Positions 37,496 through 51,907 of a DNA stretch of 64,000 nucleotides are shown here, in pieces. This DNA is from Spizellomyces punctatus DAOM BR117 (Eukaryota). The stretch is from the NCBI GenBank assembly GCA_000182565.2, contig KQ257456.1; one strand, given 5' to 3'. Position 1 is the stretch's first letter, and each line of letters starts with the position of its first letter. A program made the position numbers and the translations under genes. The notes under the pieces are model-generated. The model was not told the origin of the DNA. It saw nothing but the letters and a program-made list of their open reading frames with translations, and did not search any database.

Positions 37496-38670
37496 ATGGC
37501 CATTGACACTACACCCTCGGACCCCAATGCACCTCTCAAGAAGAAGCCCATCCAGCCAATAAACTTGGCTATCGGCGCGGGACTCAATCTCTTTGAGGTG
37601 TCAACCCTTGGCCAGCCTTTTGAGGTTTGTGGTTGCGACTCGGTGGCCTTTAATGCACCGTTCTTATCTTAACGAATTCTTAAAAGGTGGTTAAAACTCA
37701 CATGGCTGCCAACCGAGGAGACACAATGCCTCAAGCAGTTGTCAAAACATGGAAACGTGGTGGACCTTTTGGTTTCTATCAAGGCCTGATTCCCTGGGCC
37801 TGGATTGAAGCTAGCACGAAAGGCGCAGTCCTTATTTTTGCAGCTTCGGAGATTGAGTACCTTGCAAAAGTGGCTGGCGCTGGACCCGCTTGGGCAGGAG
37901 TGGTGGGCGGTATGGGTGGTGGTATAGCTCAGGTAAACCTTCACCATCCTTTTTCAGTTCAATTGTACCTAAACCATTGCTTTCGGTGCGTGATAGGCCT
38001 ATGCGACCATGGGCTTCTGCACGTTCATGAAGACCGTTGAGGTGACTAGACACAAGGGTTCGGGGAGTGGCCCGAGCAAGTCGAGCATCCAAGTTGCCCG
38101 TGAGATCTTTGCGCGAGAGGGTATTCGTGGAATTAACAAAGGGGTGAACGCCGTTGCGGTTCGACAGTGTACAAACTGGGGATCTCGGTTTGGTCTGTCT
38201 CGAGTTGCCGAAAACGCGATTCGTAAGGCCACCGGTAATGAGGACGCGAAGCAGCCACTGTCCCCATATCAGAGAATTTTGGCTTCCGCCATTGGCGGTG
38301 GTCTATCTTGCTGGAATCAGCCTATTGAAGTCATCCGCGTGGAAATGCAGAGTCAAATCAAAACGCCTGGTCGACCGGAAAAGATGACCATCAGCTCCGC
38401 GGCCAAATGGATTTACCAACAAAATGGCTTCAAGGGCTTCTATCGTGGAGTTACTCCACGGTGAGTACACCTCAGCAGTGTTTGTAACGGCCGCGCGCTA
38501 AAAGTTCTGTTCATTTCTATAGGGTGGGTCTCGGAGTGTGGCAAACTGTCTGCATGGTGTTTGGCGGAGATCAGGTATATTTTGACTTCTGGAATATATT
38601 CTTGCGAGTTGTAGCTAATTTTCCGACTTTACAGGTGAAGGGATATTTTGCGAATAGGGCACAGAAATAG
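37496..38670 (+). CDS. YHM2: Mitochondrial citrate/oxoglutarate carrier
   Basis: [79 protein letters not shown]. Confidence 0.92.
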
Positions 38671-39126
38671 GACGTTGAATACCTATTGCGTGTCAATTTC
38701 CCCGTTTAGCGCCTCTTCTTGGTTGGATCTGTGACGCTGCGCGTCGTCTGATTAGATCTATACTCAATATCGACCGTACTAGAAATTTAAGTACATAAAC
38801 GTGTACCTCTATCTAAGAGATCTGTGAGTGGGCTACGACGTAGATAAGAATAGATGTGCCATGGTCGCGATATTCGCAATCAAGATTTTAGGGATTTAGG
38901 GTCCAGTCGTTCCGTGTCGGAGAATTGCTTTTAGGATGGATATATGACGGAGAATTTTAGTACAACTGAAAATAGCTTGGATTCGCGGCCTTGTTTCTGC
39001 GAGGAGTTACTCATCAATTAATAACTTTCCGATCGTTGTCACATCGGATTTGTGTTTTGTAGATACTAATCTTTTTAATTGGAGACAATTCCGTTTCCCG
39101 AGCCTTTCTCTGGGGCAGCCGCGAAA

Positions 39127-42100
39127 ATGTCGCCGCTTGTCGCAAATCCTCGCCGCTCAGCACGTCTATACGAGCAGTTACCTTCCTCGGGGCGCGAGCT
39201 CCGGCTTCTCATCGAGTCCCTTCCTCCAAACACTTCAACCGATCAGCCTGTAATGGGAAATGAGGATCAAGACGATGATTCTTCTTCAACGCGGCGTCGG
39301 CGAAGAATGCGCGACGGAGAGGAATCGTGGGGGAGGAAAACTATCGCGTATCGGCCAAGGAAAGTCAACAAGGGATCCAACCAAGCAGCGGAAGGGGGTA
39401 TTGGCGTCCAACCATGGCAGTTTGTGAAAAGTCTCTTGGAACGTCTACTCGGCGGTGCTTCAGAAAACGAAGCTCATAACAGTAGCAGAGGGAAAATGAA
39501 GCGAACAAAACCTGTTTTCCCTAATGTCGAGGTGCCAAATGACTCAGCATCAGAAGAAGAAGTGGACGAACTTTCCGAAACGTCCTCTGTTTCTTCCTCA
39601 GCCGAGCCGATCGTATCTAACGCCGTCAATACCACAATTCTCTCAATCACCATTCCACATGGGCTTCAACTTAATCGTCACATTCCATATCCGAAGCCCA
39701 TAATTCGGAACGTTTTGTACATCCCGGCGGCAAACACAAGCGAAATGTTTGTCGTATTGGAGGACGTGGCCGTGACAGTGTGGCGTGGAGGAGCACGGAT
39801 CAGAAAGGAAGAGTGGACATGGGTCAAGGCTGGTGTGATTGGATGGTGCTGGATCCAAAAGCGCAGATGCTTTGTTGTGGCGGTTGCAGACATGACATTG
39901 AGGGTGACGATCAATCACACGGTGCTAGCGAATACATGAATTCGGGTTGATTAAAGCTTCTTCTTTGCGTTCTAGGTATTGGATCATCATTTTGAGGAGC
40001 TCTCTGTTATTTCCAATTCCAAACCAATTTTATTGTAAGTCCGCGGATCGCTTGATATGCTCAAAATAAACAAACAGCGAAATGAGAAGCAAAAGATCTT
40101 CTGACTTCACTGGTATAGCTTAGATTGGATTCCAGAAAAGGATGAACTGGTGACTGGCGAAGTGGGGAATATAAAAGTAGGCTCTTATCTGCGTTTAGAA
40201 AGTTGGATAACGGTCCTCACAGCATATGTTCTCGCAGTTCTGGACACTGGAATACTCAACGTATGTGGTAACAGGCTCACTCAATAGTCGATTATGGCGC
40301 TGATGATCAAAGACAGAGCAAATCATCGTGATATATACACCCCGACGCCTCGTTTTGTCACCACCGATCTGTCTGACGAAGAGTGGGTATCCTACGTTTT
40401 GTACGATAGGACCTTGGATAGATGCTTTGCGGCAGTGGATACCAGCATATATGTATGTCTATGAGGATATCTGTTTGTGCATGATATTTATTTCGTAACC
40501 CTCAGCATTCCTCGCGGTTTTCAGGTATACGATTGGAACACAGGAGAACGCTTAGAAAGGTTGACGGATATCCATGATATGTCCATCACCTGCTTGGCAT
40601 ACTACGAACCTGGAGATGTATTGATCACAGGCAGTAAAGACGGAAAGAGTAAGGTCCCTCCAAGTGGATAATATCAGGCGTTGATAAGTAACTGATCGTC
40701 CCTTCTGGCCAGTTAAAATTTGGAGCCCGCAGTTTCTCCTTCTTCATACTTTCGCCCACCTCTCGAACGTTACCGCACTACTTCTCATTGAAACGGGTGC
40801 CGAAGCTACCTGGGGTACCGTTCCCATTGTAATGAGTACTTCAACTGACGGCACGATTCGAATGTGGGATTTCGACATTGGAGTCTGCCTGTATCGACTT
40901 GATGTACATGGTCAGGGTCAAGGGGAAGGACTCCTGGGAATGAAGTGGGTAAAAAAGGATTTGTTTTGGGTTTGGGGACGGAGGGGAGTTAGCGTCTGGG
41001 CGCTGAATCGGTACCATTCCACGTTCACGTACCTTCGAACGCGGCCGAAAATAATCCGTCGTTTGGTGCATCCACGGCTACCACCACGTATATTGACCGC
41101 ATGTGAGGATGGCAGTGTTAAGCTGATCAGTCCCGTCACTGGCCATGTACTTGTGACCTCCTTTCCTGTGCACAAGGACGTGGGAATCACGGATGTGGTG
41201 GGAGATCTTGATGGAAAAAAGGTATATACGTTCATGACAAACGGAGATGTAGTGGTATATGATGTGGCTGTCAACCCAGGTGTGATCGTTGGAGTTTGGG
41301 AGGATATAGGTAGGCTCTTATCATTATTTGGGCCAAAATACAGCACTTACTCATTTGGTGACTTTATCTATCCATAGCACCTCGCGACCGTGCGACATGT
41401 ATCACAGGACTCGATTTCTATAATCATCCTAAGACGTTGACTGCGTCACCTGGATTTCGAAAGTTGTTTTACCTGGGCATAGGATTGGAAAGTGGAGGGA
41501 TAGGATGGATTGGCGAAGGGGGATTGCAGGAGGGCAGTGTGCAGGTATGCAAGGGATTTATCGAGTAATTTTCTTTTTGAACTGCATACGAGACATCTTT
41601 TCTATATTTTTGCAGGCACACATTGCAGAAGTTACATTAGTTCGCTTTGATCCACAAAATCTCCACCTTATTTCGATCGGGAAGGATAACACGATCAAAA
41701 TATGGTATATAACACTTACTCCACCTTGCACAGTGACCATCAGCCTCCTGCACACCCTTTCCACGCCCCTTCATTCTCCGACAACACTTGCTATAGCCCC
41801 CGAACGAATGTTGCTCGGGTTACATATTGGAGGGGCAGTAACCACATGGAAGTATGACGCAGATGTGCCGATAAAGGGCAAATGGGGCGAAGGCATCTCG
41901 GATATGGATTGGTGCGCTGAGCTGGGAATATGGGCAACAGCCGAGCGTGGAGGGGTTGTGCGGATTTGGGATGAAGGCGGCTTGGTTCGGTGAGGCTCGT
42001 TTTGGGTTCTGTTACCTTTCAGCATCTAACCACTAAAACGACTTTGGGCGTCATGCCTCTTCTCGTGACAGAGAGATCCAGTTCAACGAGGCAATTCCGT

Positions 42101-45100
42101 CCATTACTTTTGCCAATGCTCGCGGAGACCTTCTTGTCTCTCTCTCCGACCAAATAACTCTTGTTCGCATGCAAGACTGTGAGTTTTTACTGCTCTTTTC
42201 GATATGACGGCTTTGCTGACTATTCGAGCTCTCAGACCTTCCGCATTCGTACCTGAAGCGTGCGGCACATATGGACTTCATTGATGATCCACAAGAAACA
42301 CCCCTTCCTTTTGACACGTCTGTGGATTTTTGGGAGCGTGTGTATGAGAAGGACATGAGGGAGAAGGGAGAGATCGGGTTATGGCACGTCAAAAAGTACG
42401 CAGTGGCATGATCTTTATCGGCGCGTCGACACTGTTTTATTTATACTGAGATTAATTACTGTACTCTAGGGACGCTCGTCGTCGGATTGAAGCTCCGGAT
42501 GAGTCAGGAGTCATATCTGACATGTGGAAAGCGCTGGAAGAACGTCGGCTGATCGCGCAACAGGTACGAAATGAGGGCACAAATAAACTGTTCGTATCTC
42601 GCAAGCTGATCACTTACTCGACAGCGCCGCAACCGCCGAATTTTCCTTGAACAAGAGCACCATGCGTTTCTCAATGCTCCTCGTTTTGAGAGATCCGGTA
42701 TCTCACCGCAAAAAGCGACGAAAGAAGTTGAAATTGAAACCGATGATGACGATCAAGATTTTGTAATTGTCAGACAGGTGCCAAGCCTAGAGGAACTGGT
42801 GGACATTATCCGACCAGAATCACCCACAGAAAATGTGGTCAGTAGTGACAGCAGTGAAAATGTTGTAACAGATGTTAATGCTTCATCGACAACTTCTAGG
42901 TGCCCGTAAAAGATGTCCCGCCGTCCGTGGAGCATATTCTATCAGAAGTTATTGGTATGTCCTGACGAACACTTTATCTATTCCGCGGCTCCGCTTTGTT
43001 CACACATTTCTCAAGTGCCAGAAACAAGAAAACGGCCCATCAAGTCGTCGGAAAGACGCCCCAAGGCGGCGAAACGGCGGGGTTCCGCAATCCTTCGAGC
43101 TCCTAATCAACCGGTGGAACCAACTCCAAAGGAGACCATCGAAGCCCGTCGTATGAGCATCCGCAAAAAATTACAATTCCAGGGAGTTGCAATGCCAAAC
43201 AGCACCTTGGTTGAGGAAGTCGGTAAGATGCGACGAACGTCCATCATGTTTCGGAGAGGTTCCGTGAAACCTCCAACAGTTCCTGCAACTGTAAAGTATG
43301 TTGTACCAGCATCGCGCACCCGTGTGCAGAGAAAGAAAGTGGACGACCCATTTAAGGATTATGAGAACCAAAAGCGGAATATAAACATTGGGGACTTGAT
43401 CAAAGTGCAGGAAGAATTATTCGAACAAGATCGCATGTTGCTAGGTGAATTGGAAGAAGAGGATCATGAAGTGGACGAAGTACCTCCCCCACCTTCTCCA
43501 CCAATGTTCGAGCCGGCGGTTGTGAAAGAACGTGTGCGCCGGAAGCGAAAGCAAAAGAAGAAAGCGAAGCCAAAATCACAAGTCAAGGTTGTTCTTCCGT
43601 CACCTCCGTCCCCGCCACCCGCTCCAAAAATAAAGCTAAGAGAACCCAAGCCGCCCAAAATCACCCCACCTCCCAAGCGCATGGCAACCGTTACCGAGTA
43701 TGAACCGATTCTTCCCAAGGTTGTCGCAATACCGCAATCGCCGAGGCAATTAACCTTGAAAAAGCCGGCTACACCACCAGCTCCTGCACGTCCAAAATCC
43801 CGTCCGCCATCCGCACCAGCCCAGCCTAAGCCTCAACTTCCGAGATCAAAACCCCAACCTGTGTCAGTAGACTTCCCTGAACCATGGTTTGCAAAGCGTG
43901 ACGAAGAACCACAGCCCATTCAAGAGGAAAATGCGCTGGTTGTGGAGGAGATTGGAATGGAAGATAGATCAGAAGAGCCTCTTCCTTTAGTCCGGCTGAG
44001 TCAAGTAAAAGAAAGTGAAGCAGCGAATTTTAGTTGGAACATGATTAGAGCGAGGGAATTTGCGGATGAGGATATTCCTGAAGGACTAAGGAGATTAATG
44101 GGGATGTTCTGGTTTCCTCACTTAAAGGTACACCCTGGTAGCTGCAAGGACCTTGTTGCCGGATGATGCTTACAATATTGAACTCAAGGGCAAACAAGTA
44201 ACCTTGCCGAATATAGTGGCGGCTCTTGTTGATCTCCTTAAAACCGGTCTTTGGCTTGAGAAAGTGGAAGCATCAAAAGCTCTCTTGTTTCTGTATCACA
44301 CCTTCTCTTCGGACTTCCTAGATCCCATGGCCGTTTTGATCAGACCCCAATTGGAGTGTCTATGGGATGAGAACTGGCAGGTTTGTTGTTCTAGTGTCGG
44401 GCAAAGTGTATGGGCTTCTCATCTAATGCTGTCTAAGGTGCGAGCGCAACTCTGTTCAAATATCTCACAATACGGCATTGTTCATCAGGATATTCTGATG
44501 GGATTGATTGTGAGGCTGGGCGATGAGAACGAACATGTTCGGTGTGTATTCGATGCAGTCAACGATGTCGCATCTAGTAACTCAAGATAGATTTCAATGA
44601 AAATAGCACAACAGCGATGACCGGTTTGTTGCACTTCGGTGTAAACAACAAGGAGGACCTGCGATCCGCGATGATGAAATGCGGAATGTTGCCTACCGTG
44701 GATCATCCCAGCGATGATACGCAGTTAGAAGTGGGTATTCAGGAAATGCTAGTGGTATTGTTATATTTTACAAGGCGCTGACATTGGCTATCTAGGAAAT
44801 GATTGTTCAAACAAATCTTGAAATTCTCGAGTCTCAGACAAAGAATCATGACAATGTTCAAAATTGGCTCAACTCTGTTCCACGGGTGGCTGCACAAAAG
44901 CCTTCGGTTACGTCGATTACCATCGATGTCCGACGCGATAGTTACTATGAACACCTAGCAGGCCCCTTCTTTCCAGCGGATGCTAATGCACGGCATTTGG
45001 CACGATCAGAAGCCCAAGAAGCACGCGCAAGACGGGCGATGATGCTGTCGCACGCTCGTTCCAGTCAAGGGTTAACGGTGGAAGATTTTGAATATATGGA

Positions 45101-45569
45101 CTTGGATGGCGTTGAGGAGGGATGGGATACCAGCAGCGGCGTACTTGGTCAACTACATTTGGGCAGGACTGGATCCCCAGGCATGCAGGACGGCCGGCCC
45201 GGAAGCGTGAGTCGCGCAGCGGAGCCAACGGCCGGAGCGCCAACCGGGAATCGCAAAAAAAGACCCCTCATGCGGTCCGCGATCCATAATATGCGGCCTC
45301 TGACGGCTGGTTCGATATATGCACAAGGGGGACCAAAAGGTCTCGTAGCCGTGGTCCAGCCAACTGTTAAACCCGTTGCAGAAGACGTTACCGGAACAGG
45401 CCGCCCAGCAACTGCTCCTATATATGGTGAGGTGCCAGCGATTACAAGCGGAAGAAACATCAGATCTGCTGGCGTGGTGGTATCACCGGAAAAACCATGG
45501 CCTAAAATTCTTAGGAGTACATTTCCTCCTGTGGATCCAGAGTTACATGACAGACCGTTCAGGGCGTGA
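39127..45569 (+). CDS. Large WD40-repeat protein with Pro/Lys-rich middle and C-terminal HEAT-like repeats (WDR97/WDR87-like architecture)
   Basis: Many WD motifs (LITGSKDGK, STSTDGTIRMWD, TACEDGSVKL, SIGKDNTIKIW, GGVVRIWD) and HEAT-like LWDENWQVRAQLC, RLGDENEHVR; many short introns. Confidence 0.75.
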
Positions 45570-46030
45570 GCAGGTTTCTAAACCTGCTTTCCACTTGATG
45601 CTTGGGCACGAACATCTTCGGTAACCGTGGGGAAGACATTTTGTGTTTGTATATAGCTTGGAACTAAAGATTTAGCATTATGTTGAATGACATTCTTGGG
45701 CACTACCAGATCTTGGACCATCTTAAATGATATTCTTTAGACAGTTGGAAACTGCCAGATCTGTGTAGAACTTCATCATGCGGCCGCCGTCCTGTATTTT
45801 CACCCTTGGTACGCCGGTATAGTTATAAACTAATAAAGATCTCCGTTAATGCTTATGCATCTTTAGGGGATGATCCTCTGTGTGCTAAAAATAGTCCAAA
45901 AAATTGCCCGTTGCTAAAGCTGTATAAACGTCATTAACAGGACCCTCAAAAAAACCGAGCCAAGTCATTTACCATCTGCTCCAAGTCCTTTTCGGCAGTT
46001 TATGCCGATCACCGCACGTCCACCATAATA

Positions 46031-47378
46031 ATGCCTCCAAAGAAGGCAGGAAAAGGGGCTCCCGCGAAAAAGAAGAAGGAGGCAGAGCAAGAGGCCGTGA
46101 ACCAAATAAAGGCGGCGCAACTCAAGCAGTTGAAAGCGGAGTATGCTTCCAAATGCAAGCATTTTGTGACCGAACCGATGCCAGGTAAGCAACCAAATGG
46201 GTCCCCAGATTGCACATGTACCTGGAGTGACCTTCATAACAGAACGCTATTTTAGCACTTGTAAAACGGATAGATCAGGAACTGAAGCGCTCAGATGGAT
46301 ATGAGGACATAGATAAGGTGGGCTACCAAGGATCTCGAGCCCAACGCTTGGTTTATAACAGTCGTGCATCCCAAGATCATCCTCAATTCGATGAGCCTCA
46401 GTCCAAATGACGTCTATTCGATAACCACCACATTTCACTCGTATGCAGCGTTGGGAGGGATTTATATTTGGAGGGCAAGTGTGGAAACGAAAGGCTTAGA
46501 AGCGCTGGTAGGTGCGGGTATTGAAGCAATTTGGGGATGGCAACCCACAAAACTATCATATTCTAGGCCGACTTTTTGACCTCTCACCCGACCGTATCAG
46601 TACTCCACCTCATGGACTGCCAAATAACACCGCAAATGGCCCGACCCCTTCGCTCCATATGTCATTTATCAACTGGACTGAAGACGCTTGTCTTAGACCA
46701 CAATCCCCTAGGTGCGGAAGGCGTCGGTATGATTTGCGCAGGTATAAGAGAAAACAAAGCATCGGCCTTGGTGCGGTTGAGTTTTCGATACTGTGAAGCT
46801 GGATCTGCCGCAGCGGAGAGCTTGGGAACCGCATTGAACGGATGCCTGCAGTAGGTTTCCATTGTCTTAACACGCAAAAGCAGCGTTTGAGATATTCCAC
46901 TCTTTCATTGTTTAGAGAACTGCAGTTTGATGGGAACTTTCTGGGAGATTCAGGACTTATCCCACTTACAAAGTATTTGCGAAGAAATAGCACGTTAACC
47001 ATTCTCCACATAGCTGCCAATCAAATCTCGAATAGCCCACTCATCCCGATTCCTGTCAACAGTTCCTTCCCCGCTCTCAACCACCAAAATCAACCCACGC
47101 CCCTTTCCACATTCTGCGCCATGATGGGCACCGAGAACACCACCATAACCCTCCTAGACCTCCGCGGCAACCACATTGGCTCCCAAGGTGCCGAGCATGT
47201 GCTTGAAATGCTTAAATCCCGAAAGTCCCTCTTCACCGCCAAACAGGCTGAACCACTACTTGCCATGGTCTCAGAACGGATGAGCGAAGCCATGTTCGAC
47301 AATATCTGGGATCTGAATGATGCAATGGCGATCTCTGGCAAGAAAGGGGGAAAGGGAAAGAAAGGAAAGAAGAAATAG
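46031..47378 (+). CDS. Leucine-rich-repeat (RNI-like) protein with Lys/Gly-rich termini
   Basis: LVLDHNPLGAEG, LQFDGNFLGDSG, LHIAANQI, LDLRGNHIGSQG; termini MPPKKAGK... and ...KKGGKGKKGKKK. Confidence 0.85.
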
Positions 47379-47958
47379 ATATAACGGATGTACATGTAGA
47401 GTTTCCACAAAGCCTGGCTCGGACGGCAGTGATTATTTTTTTTTTTTTCCCTTAATTTATATTTCAGATGTCATGGTGAACACCGGAGACTTGCTCTTTT
47501 GTAAACTCATGATGCTTTAAATTGAACTTCCTTCGGGAGCTGCCAGTCTCGCCGTTGGCGGGTTGAGGATATACTAGAGTGTGCTGAAGATTCAACCATG
47601 AGGATGGTCGAGTTAACAGTCATCCCCAGAACGAGACGACAGTTCATTAGTTTCATCGTAGCGCGTGAAATCAGATGTGCTATGGGGCGATACAATTATC
47701 AATGCATGAGCGTGGGCATGGAAGAATCTAGGATACAGAATTCAAAAGATTACAAGGCGCAATGGCTGAAGTAAATGTCGCCAAGATCTGGAAATGACAA
47801 CCAGTAAGTGCGGCAATATTTCGTCGTATGATTCAATTGCAATATGTATATTCTCCCTCCCAAAATGTTCTGAATATCCAAAAGCAAAAAACGCTATACA
47901 TTGACAACCAGCTGAACAACATCCCGATAATGAAAGTTCCATCCTGCCCAACAACGAT

Positions 47959-49798
47959 TCAACATTCCTTCCACTCCTCGCAATCTCCTTTCTCGTTATG
48001 GCAGTGAGCTCCTTTCCACTCCTGGCAATCACCCTTCTTTTCCTTGTGACAGTCACCTCCCTCATCCTCGCAGTATGCCATTTGTTGATTATTCTCACAG
48101 TCAAATGCTATCGTTTTACGTTCAGGCGATGCAGGAGAGGGCAAGTTAGACCATTCACATCTGAGAAACGGTAATTAGGAAACTAGGTAAGACACAAAAG
48201 ACAACGCCTGGAGAGAGGACACATTACCCAACGGTCGTAGATTCCGTCGTTGCGCATTCGGTCGCGGCCATGCAAGCCGAATCCACTGGTGCGGCCGAAG
48301 AGGTGCCGCAATTGTTCTTTGAGGTCTCCGGATGACCAGGAGTTGCGTTCTCCACGACGCTGAAACTCATCTTCGTACTTTGAACCACGGAACTTCCTGT
48401 CTGTCCAAGAGTGGCTTTTTCCTTGCCTTTCAAGGAGCTGTTGTAGGCGGAGTGCTTCCTCAATGTCGCGTCCGAGACGGCGTCCGTAGTCTTGTTGGCC
48501 ATCCATATAGTTGGTGGGGTTGGAAGTGAGCTCGCGCACAAACTCGATGAGGTTGCGAAAGCGGCGGTTTCCGCGCACCTTGTGCTCGCTCAAATAGTCC
48601 GTGCACCAACTACGCAGGAGCTGAACAATCAACACATCCAGATCTTCGCTGTCTCTGATTTCTTCATCGGACCGAAGGCGGAGAATCGTACGAATGATGT
48701 CGTTGTCCTCTGTTAGCCGACGGCGGGTATCGGTGTCAAAGTCACGAAGGTGTTCCCGGATCATGTTCATCAGACCCCATCCGCTCCGACGTTCACTTCG
48801 TCCTCGGCGAGCTGGGCGACCCATGATGTGAGTGAGAATTTCGAGCTCCATCCGAGCGGATTCAACATCGTTGAGCAAATGCATCATGATGCGGCGAACC
48901 AACATCGACATGATTTCAGAATACTCCTGGTTGTCGTTGTCGCGGCGGTTTCGGTCACTAAAACCATCTTCAAAAAGGGCCTCGAGGACAATGCGCATCA
49001 ATACCCGGTCGAGGTCTTGGTCCTGGTCTTGACCATTATCCTGTGCCTGTTCAATCATGTCCAGGAACCGTTCCAAAAGACGAGAACCAGCATGATGGCG
49101 GGAACCCATTCGATCCTCCGTACGGCGAGACCCGCCCAAGTACTGAAAAATGATAATACATATGGTTAAACAGGTGGGCAATCATCCACCAACGGAAGAC
49201 CATGTACAAGTAAAACAAACCTCCCGGATTCTATCCTCAATATCATCATGATGACCACCGTAGCCAGCACCTCGCTGGCGATCGCCTTGCCACCCCTCCC
49301 GCAAGACGTGTTTCAAAATCACTTCCAACAAGATGCGGCGTGTGTCATTGTTTCGGTGGCCGGAGAACTGATCGTCGTCCAATGTCATTTCAAGTAACTG
49401 GCGAAGAAGACCTGTACGGTCGCGACCGGTATAGTCTTCGTAGTGGTCCCGCCTGCCCTCGAATCGCTCGAACGTGTCTCGATCGCCTTTAAGGCCATCA
49501 CGCCCGGCGAAGGCTAATAAGAGCTCGGCAACGACATCAACAGGCATTGACACGGTGCGCGTGTCACGGAAAGTAGACTAGTGTGGAAACGGGGCAGAAT
49601 TAGTTTGAGTGTTGGGTATTCCAGATGACAACGCTGAATATCCTGTTGATGTACCTTCTGCTGGCGGTTGCGGTTGCCGTCGTTGATTTCGAGCTTGTCG
49701 AGCAGATCTTCAATCTGATCACGACGTTCAAAGTTCTCAATCTTGCTAAGGAGCTCAGTGGCCTTGCCACGACGGTCGAATCTCTGAGTAGATGCCAT
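47959..49798 (-). CDS. Hypothetical Asp/Arg-rich repetitive protein with a Cys-repeat C-terminus (multi-exon)
   Basis: ORFs 49514-49798, 49182-49553, 48183-49181 and 47959-48144 are linked by GT-AG sites; TATA-like tataaag on the minus strand at about 49924-49930. Confidence 0.65.
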
Positions 49799-51259
49799 GG
49801 CAGCGACAACGTCCGTGTGTTAGAACAGAAGGATTAGAGTTTCCCGGTCTTCTTTGACGGTTTTTTTGTATTCGGCTGGTCTGTGACTTGACGAGTTTGG
49901 AGGAACTGACAGAACCGGTGCCTCTTTATAGACCAGGAAGTCCTCGTTTCCTTATCCTCATTTTGCCGATCACCCCACACCGGAAGTAACAGTGACCAAC
50001 CCTGCAAAGTAAAACGTTTGCTCGATTGCATCCAGGACCCCTAGTGGCAATGAACCAAAAAGTCTTTTTGGAAGTCTGCCTCCACATTTGCAGGAACTGG
50101 CGGGCAAACGTGCCTGTCAAGGCAAGTCAAGGCATGGTGGATGACGACGTGGAACACACATGCCACGCTGGACGACGCGGGAAATGACCACATTCTCCAC
50201 AAAAGCAGGAAAACTCGAAGCGCAAGGCGCGGGAAGTCGGACGGGTGGTGGAGTGCCACAAAGCAAAGGCATACAGCACCTTGACTGAGCGGATGCACGC
50301 GGTTACAAACTGTCGCAATGAGCATCTCCAATGTCAGTAGCCAACTGTCAAGGCTAATATGGTTATCAGGTTTTCAGTTTTAAGTTGGTACATCTTGTGC
50401 TACTAGGAGACGTCCACGTCGTTTACAGAACAACTCAACGCCCTTGCATTTGCACTATTCGACGTCAGGTATTGTCAACTCAACGGCCTAGCGCGGATAT
50501 CGCGGAAGCCACAGGAAACGGCACGTCCCTGAAAACGGCACGTTTCGCTCATGCAAATCCTTGCCTGAACCTTCAACTTTCCTGTTGTGCCAAATGCCTT
50601 TCCCTGCTGATCTTGCTATGGATCGCCTTTTGCTTGTGGAGCGGTTTAGCACAGTTGGTCGCGTCAAAGTGTGTCCCGCCAAGCAATGCAAACGATGATC
50701 TTGTTTAGTGCAGTTGTAAATATCAATAGTCTAATAGCCAGAGGGGATGAATATGATACAAAATAGCATCATCTTTAAAGGTCTGCTACGATATCACAAC
50801 CACAAATAAGAAAGAAGAGATCCCTGTTGACAACATTCCAGTTGGTGGTGGAGAGTAGTTTAGCACAGCGTCCGCATCCAGGCAAGCTTCTCCGTGTCAG
50901 ATATCATCGCGAGGGATGGCTGCATGGCTGCACAAGGAGGATGAACTTCCTGTCACTCGTAGAAAGAAGAAAAAAATCCATCTTAATCGTTACCAATGGA
51001 AACGGCAGAGTATGCGCTGGGATCTCCTTCATCTTGTGATCCTGTCCTTCTGCGAAGTTTCTGGACGGTAGTAGATTGTGCGTCTGCGCAAACCCGCCAG
51101 ATTCTCGGGCGGGGAAGACGAGGGTACTACGAGCTGTAACTGATCACATAGCCACTGCTTGACCTTCCTTTTATTACCCGCTACATGTATCTTGTACAGA
51201 GATATTCATACTACAACTGAATATTTTACACAAATTGAAGCACTATACTAGTATATCTC

Positions 51260-51907
51260 TCATTTGTCTCGTGATCGTTCGTCCAAAGCAACACAAATAG
51301 CCACCAGTAGCGCAATATCGATCCCTGGCATTACCGTCAACAGGTAATCTGACTTATCGAAAAACACAGTGCGGCCAGTCAAAAGCGGGCTGGTTACTTT
51401 GGCGACAAATATCCGGTTCGCTTCCCCTTTACATCCAATGTCAATCCATATCAAAGACCGTCGTGCTAGCCAATTGCCTTTCAGCCCAATTTCGCACGGT
51501 ATGCCGCTGATTTTGTCGGTGAAATTTACTGACAGTTTCGGTTTCATCAAGGTGAAGTGTGCACGGATATCCAAGATCTTGTTCTGAGAGTCATTTCCAT
51601 AGTATAGAGTGTGATTTGGGACGAAAGCCAGCAGTTGCTGCTTCATATTCATGATCGGCTGACCGTAAGCGTCCAGGAACGTCTTCTTCTCCCGGAGAGA
51701 CAAGAGAGCTCGGCCATCAACTTTAAAATAAACTTGGCCCGTGGTTGCATCCTTGATGCTAAAGTCGTCGCCAGAAAATGAAAATATCTTCTCTTTGATG
51801 AGGAGTGACACTGGCTGTTGGAGGCAGAAACGTTGATCGACCGCGGCAATGGGATGAGGAAGGGGTTGAAGCTGCACCGCTTCGAACTTTGATATGTCGC
51901 CGCCCAT
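51260..51907 (-). CDS. LURP-one-related (Tubby C2/scramblase-like) protein
   Basis: IKEKIFSFSGDDFSIKD, FKVDGRALLSLREKKTFLDAYGQPI, YLLTVMPGIDIALLVAICVALDE. Confidence 0.88.
   Translation of the reverse strand: MGGDISKFEAVQLQPLPHPIAAVDQRFCLQQPVSLLIKEKIFSFSGDDFSIKDATTGQVYFKVDGRALLSLREKKTFLDAYGQPIMNMKQQLLAFVPNHTLYYGNDSQNKILDIRAHFTLMKPKLSVNFTDKISGIPCEIGLKGNWLARRSLIWIDIGCKGEANRIFVAKVTSPLLTGRTVFFDKSDYLLTVMPGIDIALLVAICVALDERSRDK

Noticed and set aside
45905-45925. RFX X-box upstream of the LRR gene
   Set aside because: Only a half-site (gttgcta) with no matching second half.
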